Assembly: GCA_003614675.1 (NCBI GenBank)
Contig: ML002361.1
Span: 1 to 38,252 of the forward strand
Source of the DNA: Dimargaris cristalligena
Lineage: Eukaryota
Direction of reading: 5' to 3'
Length of the DNA: 38,252 bases
The notes beneath the pieces are model-generated. The model made no database searches. It saw nothing but the letters and a program-made list of their open reading frames with translations, and had not been told where the DNA came from. The position numbers were made by a program, and so were the translations under genes. Below are positions 1-11,360 of this stretch, piece by piece; the stretch's first letter is position 1; every line of letters starts with the position of its first letter.

Positions 1-2353
1 TGGCTGTGGTCGTCCCGGAGGCCAGCATTGACATGGATTTTTTCCGAGCGGGGAGTTTGAGGTCATTGGGCGTTAGTGGGTGTTTTACGGCTTTTCCGAA
101 TGCTTCTAGGTTACCGCCCGTGGGTACCGCATCCTGGGCGGGCTCACCCGTCAACGCGCCGGTGGGTTGGGCCGGATTAGCGGCCACAGGCGCAAGCTCC
201 GGCAACATGGCGGGCATCGGGCGTCCCTTGCCGATATGGTGCCAGATTTTCTCGATCATTTTCTGCAAACTCTCGCAATAGGGCCGTAGACCCTCCGGGT
301 TGACGATATAGAGGTCCTGATTAATGAGCTCCAGTTGCCTGAAATACGTCTTCTGCAGTCGGCTGAGGTGGTGAATTTGGTTGGTGTAGCGCCCCGTCGG
401 TGCGAGCATGGCCAAGGCCTCATCTACATGACCAAAGTAGGGGCGGTATTGGTGCAGCAGTTGGCGAATCTGCTGCTTTTCGTTATCATTGAGGTTCACA
501 AAGGGCCCGCTGGGCCCCTCCCGGGGATTTGTCGGGGTGGTGGTAGAGGGAGTGGCGCCCGAAGCGGTGGTCGGTGCCTTGGGGGCGGTTTGAGCAATTG
601 ACTCGACTGAAGGAGCAGTCACGTTGGCGGACGGTGGTGCTGAAGCAGGAGCAGGAGCCGAAGCTGGATCCTGGGTACCGGGCGGATCCCCTTGGGGAGT
701 TTCGGACGGTGGGGCCGGCTGGGCGGCCTTCGCAGCAGCCTCATTAGCGGCCGCCTGCTGCATAGCCTGGTTGGGCACTGCCCCTGTGAGGGGTGGCAGA
801 TTTCCAGGAGCTACTCCCGGCGGAGGCCGGACCGGCTGGGGGTTCCCTGCGTTTAATTGTTGGGCATGGAGTTGCTGTATTTGGTATGCCCGTTGTAATT
901 TCTGGAGATCTTGGGGGTTAATCATGTTGGGTCGCATCATCATAGCCGCCATATTGGACTGGCCAGGTAACCCGCCGAGAGTGGGACAGACGGCCGTAGG
1001 TAGCGGCTGTTGCTGTTGTGCCTGATGTGGTTGTTGCTGCTGTTGTTGTTGTTGCTGTAGCCGGTGCTGATTCAGCCTCTGAGTCATTATGAGTTGGGCG
1101 GCTTTTTGGCGAATGTTGACAGCGAATTCGGGGGATATGGGCAACTCCTTGCCATTGATTTCGATGCTGATTCCTTCTGGGGGGATAGTTTGTGGCAGCT
1201 TTTTGAAGATTTCCAGCATCAATGCGGCGTTCTGTGCATTGATCCCTGGTTGTGGGCCTCGAACGGGGGGAGCACCGGTGGCGTTAGTAGCCGGGCCCTG
1301 GGCGGCGGATAAGTCGACGTTTGGACGGACAGCGGACTGAGCAACATTAGGAGCTTCGGTAGGCGGGCGAATGGTGGGAGACTGGTGAACGGCGGTGGCG
1401 TTCGCAAGATTTAACTTGTGAAGCTGGTGCTGCTGTTGTTGTTGCTGTTGCTGTTGCTGCTGTTGTTGCTGTTGCTGCTGTTGCTGTTGTTGCTGTTGTT
1501 GCTGTTGTTGCTGTTGTTGCTGTTGTTGCTGTTGCTGTTGTTGCTGTTGTTGCTGTTGCTGTTGCTGTTGTTGCTGTTGCTGTTGCTGTTGTTGCTGTTG
1601 TTGCTGTTGTTGCTGTTGTTGCTGTTGCTGTTGCTGTTGCTGTTGTTGCTGCTGCTGTTTCTGCTGATGCTGTAGTGCATTCTGCCGCTGCAGATGGTTA
1701 AAGATTTGCATTTGAGTTTGGTATTGCGAACTTTTGGGGTCTAGTTGAGAGCGGTACACATTCAACTGAGCTGCTAGCGCGACTGGGTTCATGGAAGCCG
1801 CCTGGAGCATTAGCGCGGGGTTGATAGAGTTTATAACCGAGGCTGGAATAGGCTGAGGCGGCGGAGAAACGAGAGGATTGGCCGGGGCAGTCGGCGGGGG
1901 TCTAACGGCACCGGTGTTGGCGGGTCCAGCAGCCGCGGCCGCTGCCTTGGCGGCGGCTACGGCCATCATTTGGTCATTGAGCTGCTGCTGTTGTTGTTGC
2001 TGTTGCTGTTGATGTTGTTGTTGCTGCTGCTGCTGTTGATGTTGTTGTTGTTGCTGCTGTAGCTGCTGTTGTAGTAGTACCATATGCTGTTGAGTTTTCT
2101 GCTGAATGACGGACATGTAGAGCTTGAGCTGGTTTTCCAATGCCCGATGGTACTCTAGTTCGTTGTTCGTTTCCTCGAAGAGTTTCCGTTCGGCACTGAG
2201 CGCCTGGTGTTGGAGTTCGGCGGCATCGCGCCCCGGTTGAAGCCGGCCGAAAAAGTCCAGCAAACGGCTGTAGACGGTATTCCGAACCTCCATGGAAGCC
2301 TTGCGTTGGTCGCGCCCGGCGGGATCGCCGGCAGCACCTGTGGGGTTGTTCAT
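1..2353 (-). CDS. Mediator subunit 15 (Gal11/Med15)-like KIX-domain, polyQ-rich protein; 3' end lies beyond the window
   Basis: ATG at 2353. The frame is consistent at the start, at the polyQ tracts and at the window edge; it is missing from the ORF track, consistent with no stop in the window. N-terminal MEVRNTVYSRLLDFFGRLQPGRDAAELQHQALSAERKLFEETNNELEYHRALENQL is a KIX-like three-helix pattern. Q-rich tracts follow, then a helical block (LQKTYFRQLELINQDLYIVNPEGL) reminiscent of fungal Med15. Confidence 0.7.
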   Translation of the reverse strand, partial: MNNPTGAAGDPAGRDQRKASMEVRNTVYSRLLDFFGRLQPGRDAAELQHQALSAERKLFEETNNELEYHRALENQLKLYMSVIQQKTQQHMVLLQQQLQQQQQQHQQQQQQQQHQQQQQQQQQQLNDQMMAVAAAKAAAAAAGPANTGAVRPPPTAPANPLVSPPPQPIPASVINSINPALMLQAASMNPVALAAQLNVYRSQLDPKSSQYQTQMQIFNHLQRQNALQHQQKQQQQQQQQQQQQQQQQQQQQQQQQQQQQQQQQQQQQQQQQQQQQQQQQQQQQQQQQQQQQQQQQQQQQQQQQQQQQHQLHKLNLANATAVHQSPTIRPPTEAPNVAQSAVRPNVDLSAAQGPATNATGAPPVRGPQPGINAQNAALMLEIFKKLPQTIPPEGISIEINGKELPISPEFAVNIRQKAAQLIMTQRLNQHRLQQQQQQQQQPHQAQQQQPLPTAVCPTLGGLPGQSNMAAMMMRPNMINPQDLQKLQRAYQIQQLHAQQLNAGNPQPVRPPPGVAPGNLPPLTGAVPNQAMQQAAANEAAAKAAQPAPPSETPQGDPPGTQDPASAPAPASAPPSANVTAPSVESIAQTAPKAPTTASGATPSTTTPTNPREGPSGPFVNLNDNEKQQIRQLLHQYRPYFGHVDEALAMLAPTGRYTNQIHHLSRLQKTYFRQLELINQDLYIVNPEGLRPYCESLQKMIEKIWHHIGKGRPMPAMLPELAPVAANPAQPTGALTGEPAQDAVPTGGNLEAFGKAVKHPLTPNDLKLPARKKSMSMLASGTTTA
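1430..1657 (-). repeat. Coding CAA/CAG repeat giving 76 consecutive Gln
   Basis: Mosaic of CTG/TTG on + strand, in frame with the minus-strand gene. Shorter Q tracts at ~1005-1060 and ~1980-2075. Confidence 0.95.
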
Positions 2354-3413
2354 GACCAGGGTGTGTGCGTGGGAGAATAAAAGAGAGGTGGAGGTGGGGA
2401 GAGGGTGTGGGGGATTGAAGGACGCGGGGGGGCTTTACGGAGATTTAAATGTTGGGGGAATGTGGAGTAGCACGAAGGGAAAAGAACAAGGAATAAATAA
2501 CAGGACTTCGAATCAGGGGATGGGAACAGGAGCTTCCAACAGCGAATGCTATTGACGTCAAACGGCCAGAATGTGGGTACCGGTTTAAATTGGTTAGGAT
2601 TTAAAGATGGATTGAGGAAACCCCGAAACAGGAAAAAGGGTTATGGGACTAACGCGGAAGTGGAAGGCAACCAGTTGGTTACCCTGAGAATGAACCCTAT
2701 ATGCACTACTTCGGCGCATAACCAAGTAGGTTCGATTATATTACTGGCGCCCCCGCTTCTTCATATACCGCGACTACGCGGGGGCTGGTGGATATAATTT
2801 AGTATTATCGTATTTGGCTAGAACAATGTCCGGGTTGTGGTGGTGGTGATTATAGCACTAGATGGAGTGGGGCGTGGACTAGCGACAAAGACAAGATATT
2901 GGCCCAACTCAGCGCTGAGTATTAGGATAGTCGTTAGTGCACTGTTCCGTACAGAACTCGAACGAGCGGGGGGTGTATCATGGGGTCCTTGGGCTTGGTG
3001 AGCAGCGTGCACGCCTTGCATCAGGTGCTTTAGCCAGAGGAATATACAGAAGGAATATTTGAAGCCAAGGCACCACTATCTGTATCGTCTTAAATGGTTG
3101 CTGGGGATTAGAGCTGTATAGGCTTGGCGATAATCTGGTACTGGTGGCTACTACTGGCAACGGGGGGTTTCATTTTCATAGACACACCCCTTGGCGCATT
3201 CCCCTTGACCAATTAGTTTACTTTTCGTCAGCTCCATATACTTCGCTACCCAAAGCCTTTTACTTAATACATTCTCTCATTCGCTGCCTCTCACTCCTTT
3301 GCTATTCCCCCCGCCCCATTCCTCTTCCACATCCTCCCCCTTCTTAGCCGAAGCGCCCTTATAATTCCCCCCTATTCCACCCCCCCGCCTCGGATAGTCA
3401 GCCCACCCACAGC

Positions 3414-4004
3414 ATGCTCGTCCGTATCTACGGCCTTTTGGCCATCCTCTTCACCGTCAGCCTGGTCTTTTCCTTCTACAGCCTGTTTACTGTCGACTGG
3501 GTCCGTTACTCCTCCAGCAAAGTTGGCATTCCCCTCCCCATGTCCATCCGCTACGGTCTATTCCAGAAGTGCTTCTCCTGGAACGACCACTGCGTCCCGT
3601 TCCCCGATCCCGCTGCTGGGGATTGCGACGGGTCCGGCGAAGGGGGTGGCGCCCAGTTCTGCGACCTGTGGCGGGTGGCACGCATCGGCATCATGCTCGC
3701 TGCGGTACACGGCTTGACCACATTCACCGCCCTGGTCAGCACGCTGTTCAGTAGCTCGTTCCTGCAGCGTAAGCGCTGGACCATGAATACCGTGTTCCTC
3801 TCGGGACATGCCCTGTTGCTCACCGTGTCTTTGGGTTTGGTGGCCCATCTGTTCAACGTATCGAGCCAGTTTGGCGCCGGTACAGACTTGGGCCCCGGTT
3901 TTATGGTCGCCCTGGTGGCGGTTATTCTGGATGTCTTCGCTACGGTGATACTGGCCACCGCCGTGCTGGCACACCCGCCCGAATACCAGGTTATCGCCTA
4001 CTAA
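3414..4004 (+). CDS. Claudin-like / SUR7-PalI-type four-TM membrane protein, 196 aa, intronless
   Basis: Four hydrophobic segments; W...YGLFQKC...C in the first loop resembles the claudin-superfamily W-GLW-x2-C-C signature; C-terminal PPEYQVI tail. Confidence 0.7.
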   Translation: MLVRIYGLLAILFTVSLVFSFYSLFTVDWVRYSSSKVGIPLPMSIRYGLFQKCFSWNDHCVPFPDPAAGDCDGSGEGGGAQFCDLWRVARIGIMLAAVHGLTTFTALVSTLFSSSFLQRKRWTMNTVFLSGHALLLTVSLGLVAHLFNVSSQFGAGTDLGPGFMVALVAVILDVFATVILATAVLAHPPEYQVIAY

Positions 4005-4395
4005 GCCAACCTTTTACTGTATTTACTGTTATAAATGCTGAAGGCAAGCATGGAGCCATATTGAAGTTCCCCCCGTACCTAACATATTCCGCTCTTATCT
4101 TACATGTACTTCTATCTACTACTTGGCTATTTACATTTAATGGGAAGATTCAAGGTCACATGGGGGAGATGTTAGGGCCTTCATCTACCTCATCCCTTAC
4201 CTTCACCCCCCCCCTCTCCCACACTTTGTTTCAGACTCCACACGTCCATGTTGCACTAAACGAAACTAACCCAACTTAATTAGCCATGCTTGCGCCAATA
4301 CATATACATAAATAAGTATTCCATCATTACACACTGAATAGTCGGCTTTATTAGAATTGATAACGATTGCCGAAAAGAATTACAAAGTGATGTCT

Positions 4396-5553
4396 TTAAG
4401 CATCATGTCCGCTCTTTAGTAGTTTGAGGAAATTGTCCTTGGTCATTTCGTTAACTGGTTAATGATGGTAATGGTTGGATAATCCAAATAGGGAATGATG
4501 AGATTAGTGGTTAGTGGTTTGTTTCAATTGAGGGATTAACAGGTAATACCGAGCTGTATTAGCTTTAAACGGTACTCGGACGATAGGAAGTGTCACCATC
4601 TAGAAAAATCCCCGGTACAAACACACACATATATATATATAAGAAAACCCAACATATCGACTTACCTTTCGCGTCCGTACTGGGCATATCTTCCGCCTCG
4701 ACACCCCGCTGCTGGTTCTTGATAGCGTTGAACAACCGCACCACGCCGCGCGTCGCCACCTTCCGCAGACTCTTCTCGTATTCCGCGTTGCTAAAATCGG
4801 CCACCACCCGGTCCCGGGACGCCATTTTACGGCGTTCGAGGGACAGCACACGACGGGCCGCATCCTCGAGTTTATGTTCGTTCAACTTACGTTCCACACC
4901 CCGGTTGCGGACCATGATGGGCGCCTTACGGTCGTGGGTGGTGAGTTTGGTGCCGAGAATATGATTGATGGCACTGGCGAAATCGGCGGACGAGGCCGTT
5001 TTGGGCTTCTTCTTTTGGGGCTCAGCACCGAGGTCTAAGTCATCATCATCATCGCCATCATCATCACTGGCATCGCTATCCGCGTCGAGATCGGAAAATT
5101 CGTCTTTTTGTGGGCCTAGGTCGTCGTCGCTGTCGCTGTCGTCTTCACTGTTGCTGGTATGGTCTAGTTCCTGTTGGCCATCACTATCCTCGACCGGGCT
5201 TTCAGCATCTTTGTCTGACAATTGTTCGTGGTCGCTGGGTTGGACCTCCGGGGCGGGTTGTTCTTGGGGCTTCTTCGGGGCTTTGCTAACTTTAGCGCCT
5301 ACCAAATATATCCAAGTGGGGAAAATCCAACAATGATGATAGTAGTAGGGTCAGTTTGTTAGTCTAGTGAGGCCGCAAAAAATGTGAGAATGCCGATTAA
5401 CGACAAAAATTACATATTCGAGCCACCGCGCTATGGCAGGGGAGACTGTGGCTAAAAAGACGGAGTCCTAGTGGACCGTCGTCACCCTCTAACAGTTAAG
5501 GGGACATGACACTTACCCTTCGATTGGCTGGTTTTGGTAGTCGATTTACCCAT
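4396..5553 (-). CDS. RRP15: Ribosome biogenesis protein Rrp15, 3 exons (5553-5517, 5298-4666, 4454-4396), 242 aa
   Basis: Acidic N-terminal region, then FASAINHIL...YEKSLRKVATRGVVRLFNAI and final exon VNEMTKDNFLKLLKSG, typical of the Rrp15p family. GTAAGT donors and YAG acceptors are phase-compatible. Confidence 0.9.
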
Positions 5554-5640
5554 GGTAAGGTTATAAAAGAAACGAGGGGGCAAAACTGACTGAAATGCGA
5601 CTAGCAAGAAGGTATAAACGAAGGAATGGAGAGGGTGGTA

Positions 5641-5880
5641 TGAAAAATTGGCCAATGTGGTGGAAGAGTCCTGGGCTATAGGGCACAGAGACGTTTACAG
5701 CCCTCCTCCATTTGTCCGACGCCCTTGAATTTCTCTCGAATTCACCTCTCCCACTTTTCTTTTTTTCTTCTTATTTTTGGTCTATATTAGAATGTTTCGT
5801 CCCTGTAGGCATAAAATCAACTAGTGGTGATAGTAAATTGTGGGCGAATATAGGGTTAATATATAGTCACGTGACCCTAA
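5641..5880. promoter_or_regulatory. Candidate RRP15 promoter elements: RRPE-like TGAAAAATT, E-box palindrome GTCACGTGAC, flanking telobox-like half-sites
   Basis: TGAAAAATT at 5641-5649; GTCACGTGAC at 5866-5875; TAGGGTTA at 5851-5858 and ACCCTAA at 5874-5880. All lie 90-330 bp upstream of the RRP15 ATG. Confidence 0.4.
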
Positions 5881-6434
5881 TCGATTCTCAGCCAAACCCT
5901 TTAAATTGAATCGAACGATGGGTTTCAAACAATGCGGCAATTTAGATTAAACACCGCATTAAGCCAACTTGGTTGCGAAGGATAGCGATACTTACAATTA
6001 AGCCACAAATTTAGCCAACCCCTCTAATACTCTCTTATTATTTTAATGGGCCTGCAACCATTCTCCCGGTTTAGCGGGGTGTAGCTATCATTAAATAATC
6101 TGTGGCCACTCTATTCTGTATGTACCAACTTTTGAACTATCCAGTACATCGAGTAAACCACGCTGCTTGGTGGCAGCTAGCTGTACAAGGTAAAACCGTA
6201 AAGAGAATCGGTTTATTATCTGGGAGCTGGTGAGTTTGTTTAACACAAGGAAAAATGTTACATTATCAATAATCGAGTCTAGGGTCTGATTGGAGCCAAA
6301 CCGAGTTCAGCCATCGGTTATCGACAAAAAAAATGAAGTGAAGTGAACCCGGTGGGATGCCCCATCTTAATAACCCGATCACCATGCACCAATTGGTAGC
6401 TATACTGGTCATTGGGGGATAGTCTCGTCAGTGG

Positions 6435-8405
6435 TTATAGTTTACGACCGGCCCATTCGTCTAAAGTATCGTCGTCAATATAATCAAAGCGCCACAGGAA
6501 TGCATCGTCCCCGGCGTAGAGGATGCTCTTACAGTCGCGGGTGAACACGCACGATTTCACGGCCTTGGTGGACCGCTTGTGTCGGAGTTCCGAAATAATC
6601 CGGCCACTGGCCAGGTGGAAGACGTAGACCATCCCCTGGGCGTTACCCGCACAGAGGTATTGGTCGTCGAGGCTGATGTCGAAGCGGCATTGGTTCATGT
6701 GGTTGTTACGAATGCGCATTTCCCTCCGGATCTGATACGGTTGGGCAAAGCGGGGTAAATGATAAATCCATAGTTTCAAATTGCATATCAGCTGTTAAGG
6801 TTGGAGTCGTTTGTGTCGCCCAGATGCAGTACGATTCTAGGGTCCCCTTTGAGTCGTCCACCTCCGTAAATTAGATGCGGAGGTAGCGCTCTTAATATTG
6901 GCAACAAATAATGTAATCACCAAAATAGAGAATGTCCTCTATATCCACTTACAGTTCCGTCGTAATCCGCTGTGACTATAAAACCGGCGCCGTTACTGAA
7001 TACAATACCGTCCGGAATTTGCCGAATACAGATAATACTATCGGCCAAGCTCTGGGTGTAGGAGAGGGTCGTAGTGCCTTCTACATCATCGATGAGCGGA
7101 CGGCTAGAATCGGGAGCCCGATCGGAGTCAGAGTCGAGCAACTCCTCCGGAATAGCCCATTGTTCGATTTTACCGCGAGAGGTACCTGTGAAGAAGGAGT
7201 TGCCTGAAGGATGGAAACTCTGCAAGGAGGAAGGTGGGAGGAGTAGAAACATAGATTGATTAGTCAGGTGGAATGGGGTAAAGGGCAATTAAAACTAGTG
7301 GCTGAGTAGAGCCCTAGTCTGATGAACATATATAAAATCTACTATAAATATGCCTTACAATGGCTCGAGTGGTAACCGGTACTTGAAGTACGGTTTGGCG
7401 AGAACGAAGATCCCATAGACGGACGGACCCATCCCGCGAGGCGGATAAGATATAGTGGTCTTTATGAGGATGAGACTGGAGGTCGGTGATAGCACCTATA
7501 TAGTTGGATTAAATAATAAGGTCGGTAGGTGTATAGATAATAGTTAATAAGTAGGTCTGGTCAATACAGTGTAGATGGGGGGGGGGCTCTCTCTAATAAA
7601 TCCGGATCCCTGATTCAGAAGCCATTTATATATACATAGCACAGAAAATCGAATGACAAGGCACCTCCAACTTACCGGTATGTCCCTTGAGACGGCACAG
7701 TTCTCTCGAATAGGCCAGACTAAGCACATGAATCTGGGCATCCGTGCCGGCCGTCGCGAGCCAAGCGTCCTCAGCCTGATGAATCCAGCAGCATGTATAA
7801 AATTCGACAGCGGCCGCCGACGGCCCACCCTGGGTAATGGCCCCTGAATCCTGGGCGTAACCGTGGTTCGCCTGGGCGTCCGCCTCCTCTTCCGCCGAGT
7901 TCGCAGTAACGCGAAAATTGGACATGATATCCAGGTGATCCCCGCAGTGTTCATTATCGTAGACGCTGGCCTGGGCGTCCCCCACGGTGGCCAACAAATT
8001 ACTGGTGTCGTCCGGGTCGCGTTCAATGGCCCCCTGGCGATCGAACGTCTTATGGCACTCTAGGCCGCAGGGCGCGTCACGACGGCGCGGGGCGTTGAGA
8101 AAAAAGGCAATCTGGTGGATGGTCCGGTTATGGTTTTCCCGGAGGATACGCCGCAGGCGCAGGTTTTTGAAGATTTTTTCCTGGGTGACGGCCGGGGTGG
8201 CGACGGGGGTGGTTTCGGTGACGGTGGCAGCCTGAGGGGAACCGGACGATTGGCGTTCCTGGAGAGTCAGGTCGGAGGTTTCCTTCTCCAGCGTGGCTAC
8301 AGCGGCCTCGCTTTTAAGCCGTTTAGCAGCCGGTGGGGCGTCATTCGACAATTCGGGGCTGAGGTCGAGGGACTCGGCCTGGGAAACGGAATCGCTTGAG
8401 ATCAT
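6435..8405 (-). CDS. WD40 protein of the EED/ESC-LRWD1 type, 4 exons (8405-7676, 7495-7359, 7219-6953, 6731-6435), ~476 aa
   Basis: Spliced product has NLLATVG, EFYTCCW, LATAG, LKGHTGAITDLQSHP, ILSASRDGSVRLWD, RFDIS...LCAGNAQG and ELRHKRSTKAVKSCVFTRDCKSILYAGDDAFLWRFD. These parallel EED/FIE blocks (FATVG, [45 protein letters not shown]). All introns GT-AG and phase-consistent. Confidence 0.8.
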
Positions 8406-9192
8406 GGCGAAGGGTAGCGAATGGGGGTAAAGTAGGTAGGCTGTATATAGAATTGGTATAGAGTGAGGGAGATGGCTCTTGGGTTCTGCTGGGAGCTGGA
8501 TTCGGGAAGGGAAGGTCCCTCCCTAAAAATAAACTGGGGTCGTACGGTAGGTAAGCAATGCTTCCACTGAGTGCGGAACGCTTGGAGTTATGCTGAATCG
8601 ACCGATTATTAGTAGACCTCACGGGGTAAATTAGCTTTAGACGAAGGACTATCGAATATCGAATAGGGTAGAGTTGGTTTTAACGGCCGCAACCTGCCTG
8701 GGCTCAGTTTTATTTAATATGGTATGTTTTATTGATACGCTGGCTTGGAAACTACAATGTCATTTAAACGCAAACACAGCTAATAGAGACATGGGTAAAC
8801 TGCTCATGTTTTGTTTACTTTAGCGGTGGGGATTGGACTGCGGCAGATTTCCCCATAATACCCCGTCTACTTTGGCACCTACCTATAAATAAGTACCACG
8901 GGATTGATTAATTTTGGTGGGCATATCTATGAGGGATATCAATCACTCACCTAGTATACCAAAGCTACATACAATCCCAGATAAATCAATCAATCACCCT
9001 CCAACACTAAGCTTTCGAAAGCCTCTGGACGGGGCTCTTCATTGCCAAGTACTCTCCACCTCATTGGCGGTTGAAGCGAACTGGACACCCCCCCCTTTAC
9101 CTTCTGTTACATTGTCCAAGGAACCCTACTACAGTTATTTTCCTCACTACTCAGCCCATCGGGTTCCCCATTGGCCCCAGAATTCATTGACC

Positions 9193-11360
9193 ATGTCCAC
9201 CCGGAAACGTCGTTCGTCTAAAATCGCCAGCGTACAAGTCCTAGAATTAGATCCCAATGGACTTTCTCCGTCGCGGCGATCCGACAAGGCCCGACCTCCA
9301 AGCCCCACGGCTACCGACTGCCCGCCTGATACCATCGCTAGTCTGCTCCTCCGCCTTCAGTCCGAGGTGACCTGTTCAATATGGTAAATAGCAACATTAT
9401 TATGCAAATTACTGCTTCCCGTTTTTGGGCTCCGTTCCGCTCGAATGTTATATTATCAGACGAATGGGATCCAACTGAAATACCGGCCCGGTTCGTTCCG
9501 TTCTAAGGTGCCACTCGGGCGGCCTTATCTAGTCAATATTTAATATGCCTTTACCTTCCTATGACTAACCAGAGCGCGTTCCCTGTTGTATTATCTTTGA
9601 TATATGTAGCCTTAGTATGCTTGAGGAACCCTACTCCACCCACTGCAACCACGTTTTCTGTAAAAATTGCATCTTCCAGTCGCTAGCCATCAAAAACACC
9701 AAATGCCCATTATGCCGTACTTCCATTACCAAGCGCTCCCTAGTGGGCCTGGACCATATGGCCAATGTAGCCCAGGCCGTGTATAAAGTGATCGAGGCCT
9801 TTGAAGCCGAAGTAGGTATGCGCGTGGAAACTAGGGTGCAGACGCTACATTCGGCAGAAGTAAACCACCGAAACCCGCCTACCGGCCAGGCCACGGAGCG
9901 ACCCTCAGAGTCGATCAGTTCACCTCTTCCACCCACCGCCCAACCCCTCCCCCCACTACCGCCGAGCCCAGCGTTGGAATCCCCGGATGTGCTTAACAAT
10001 AACAACGGCCCCACGAATCCAGTCGCTCTTAAACGACCCAGTCGTACTTCAACCGGGAAAACTAAATTAGCCCAGGAAGGGCCGTTGCCAGATCCACCCA
10101 TTGGTGCTAATGGGACTGCCACAACCAAGAAACGAACCAGAGTCGATTCTCCCGATACCACCGTAGACCACGTCCGGATTCTGGCCAGCGGACTAGCACC
10201 TAAAGCAATGGTAAGCAAATTGTTTATATGGGTTAAACCTAGATTAATAATAGCTGCCTGAGCAACCAAGTATCTGCCCAACTATTCACTTTGCTCATAT
10301 AGAATCCCCCGGAGTGGTGTTGACCCCCTCCTACCCTCCCCCTACTAACCCACGAATACCCCAATATGTATATTTTAATGGGTTTCTTTGCCAATCCAGA
10401 AACAACTCGGGAAACTAGTGGACATGGTGGGAGTGTCACTTGCCCCTGACTTCGATGATCAGGTTACCCACTTGGTAATGGAAACAGGTAAGTTGCATTT
10501 TTGCTTTACACGTTAGATGTAGTGTCGACTTCACCGATTTTATTTAGAGCTCACGAGAAACATTCTATTGCGGGGACCCACGAGACTCATTATTTATCTT
10601 GACTGTCACCTCCTCTATTACGTGGTATCTCGTGGTCTCTAATGGCCAACCGTCTCTAGACAAACGGGGTCTGGTCCAGAAGCGGACCAAGAAATACCTC
10701 CTAGCTCTGCTCCAAGGTTGCTGGGTGGTGAATCCCCATTGGATCCAAGCGTCCATCCAACAAGCCTCCCTGGCTTCAGAAGCGGACTTTGAGGTAAAGG
10801 GGGACAGCAAGTCCGGTCCCACTGATGGACCCCGCCGAGGTCGACTGGCCCAAGCTCAAGTCCAGCCCAGCCCTTCCACTCCAGCCTCACCATCATTAGG
10901 ACCTAACCGGGGTCTATTCCCGAAAATAATCTTTATCATCGACAGTAAATTCTCGGACGCGGCGACCCCAATTCCTGATCTAAAGGAGTTGCTTCGGCGG
11001 GCGGGGGGCCAGTTACCGTCGGCGAGTGAGACTTCCCACCTCGCCCAGACGCTCGTCTCTAAAAAGGGCCCGGATTCGCCTACCCTGAAACCAGGAAAAC
11101 CAGGTAAAGTGAAACGCCCACCGGACTACCCCCATTACGTGTTTATATTCGACTCCCAAGTGCCCGTAACCCCTAAACGCAAACCCTGGAAGGAGATCAG
11201 CACCCCGCCGAAGAGCCCGGCTGACGGTGACCGCCAATGGCAAATGCACGGCAGGTGGGTAGGGACAGAGGGTGTAGACGCACTGTCACCCTCCGTCTTT
11301 GTTACTCTGCTGCCCTACACATGGGTCACTGACTCCATCGCCGCCTTTGATTTATTGTAA
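9193..11360 (+). CDS. BRCA1/BARD1-like RING + tandem BRCT protein, 4 exons (9193-9383, 9610-10210, 10400-10487, 10660-11360), 526 aa
   Basis: C3HC4 RING across intron 1 (CSICLSMLEEPYSTHCNHVFCKNC...CPLC). BRCT1 has ASGL, VTHLV, RTKKY and GCWVVNPHW; linker DGPRRGRL; BRCT2 runs GLFPKIIF...LLRRAGG...WVTDSIAAFDLL. Exon lengths sum to 1581 nt. Confidence 0.85.

Noticed and set aside
6-1340. Several + strand ORFs
   Set aside because: Antisense shadows of the long minus-strand CDS; no recognisable motifs.
1411-1680. Poly-Leu (+) and poly-Asn/Ser (-) ORFs
   Set aside because: Alternative frames of the polyQ tract of the Med15-like gene.
6732-6793. Longer last exon of the WD40 gene (…KLWIYHLPRFAQPYQ)
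   Set aside because: An upstream in-frame AG exists, but the stretch before the CAG at 6734-6732 reads as a pyrimidine tract and the shorter join gives a better WD blade; needs RNA-seq.
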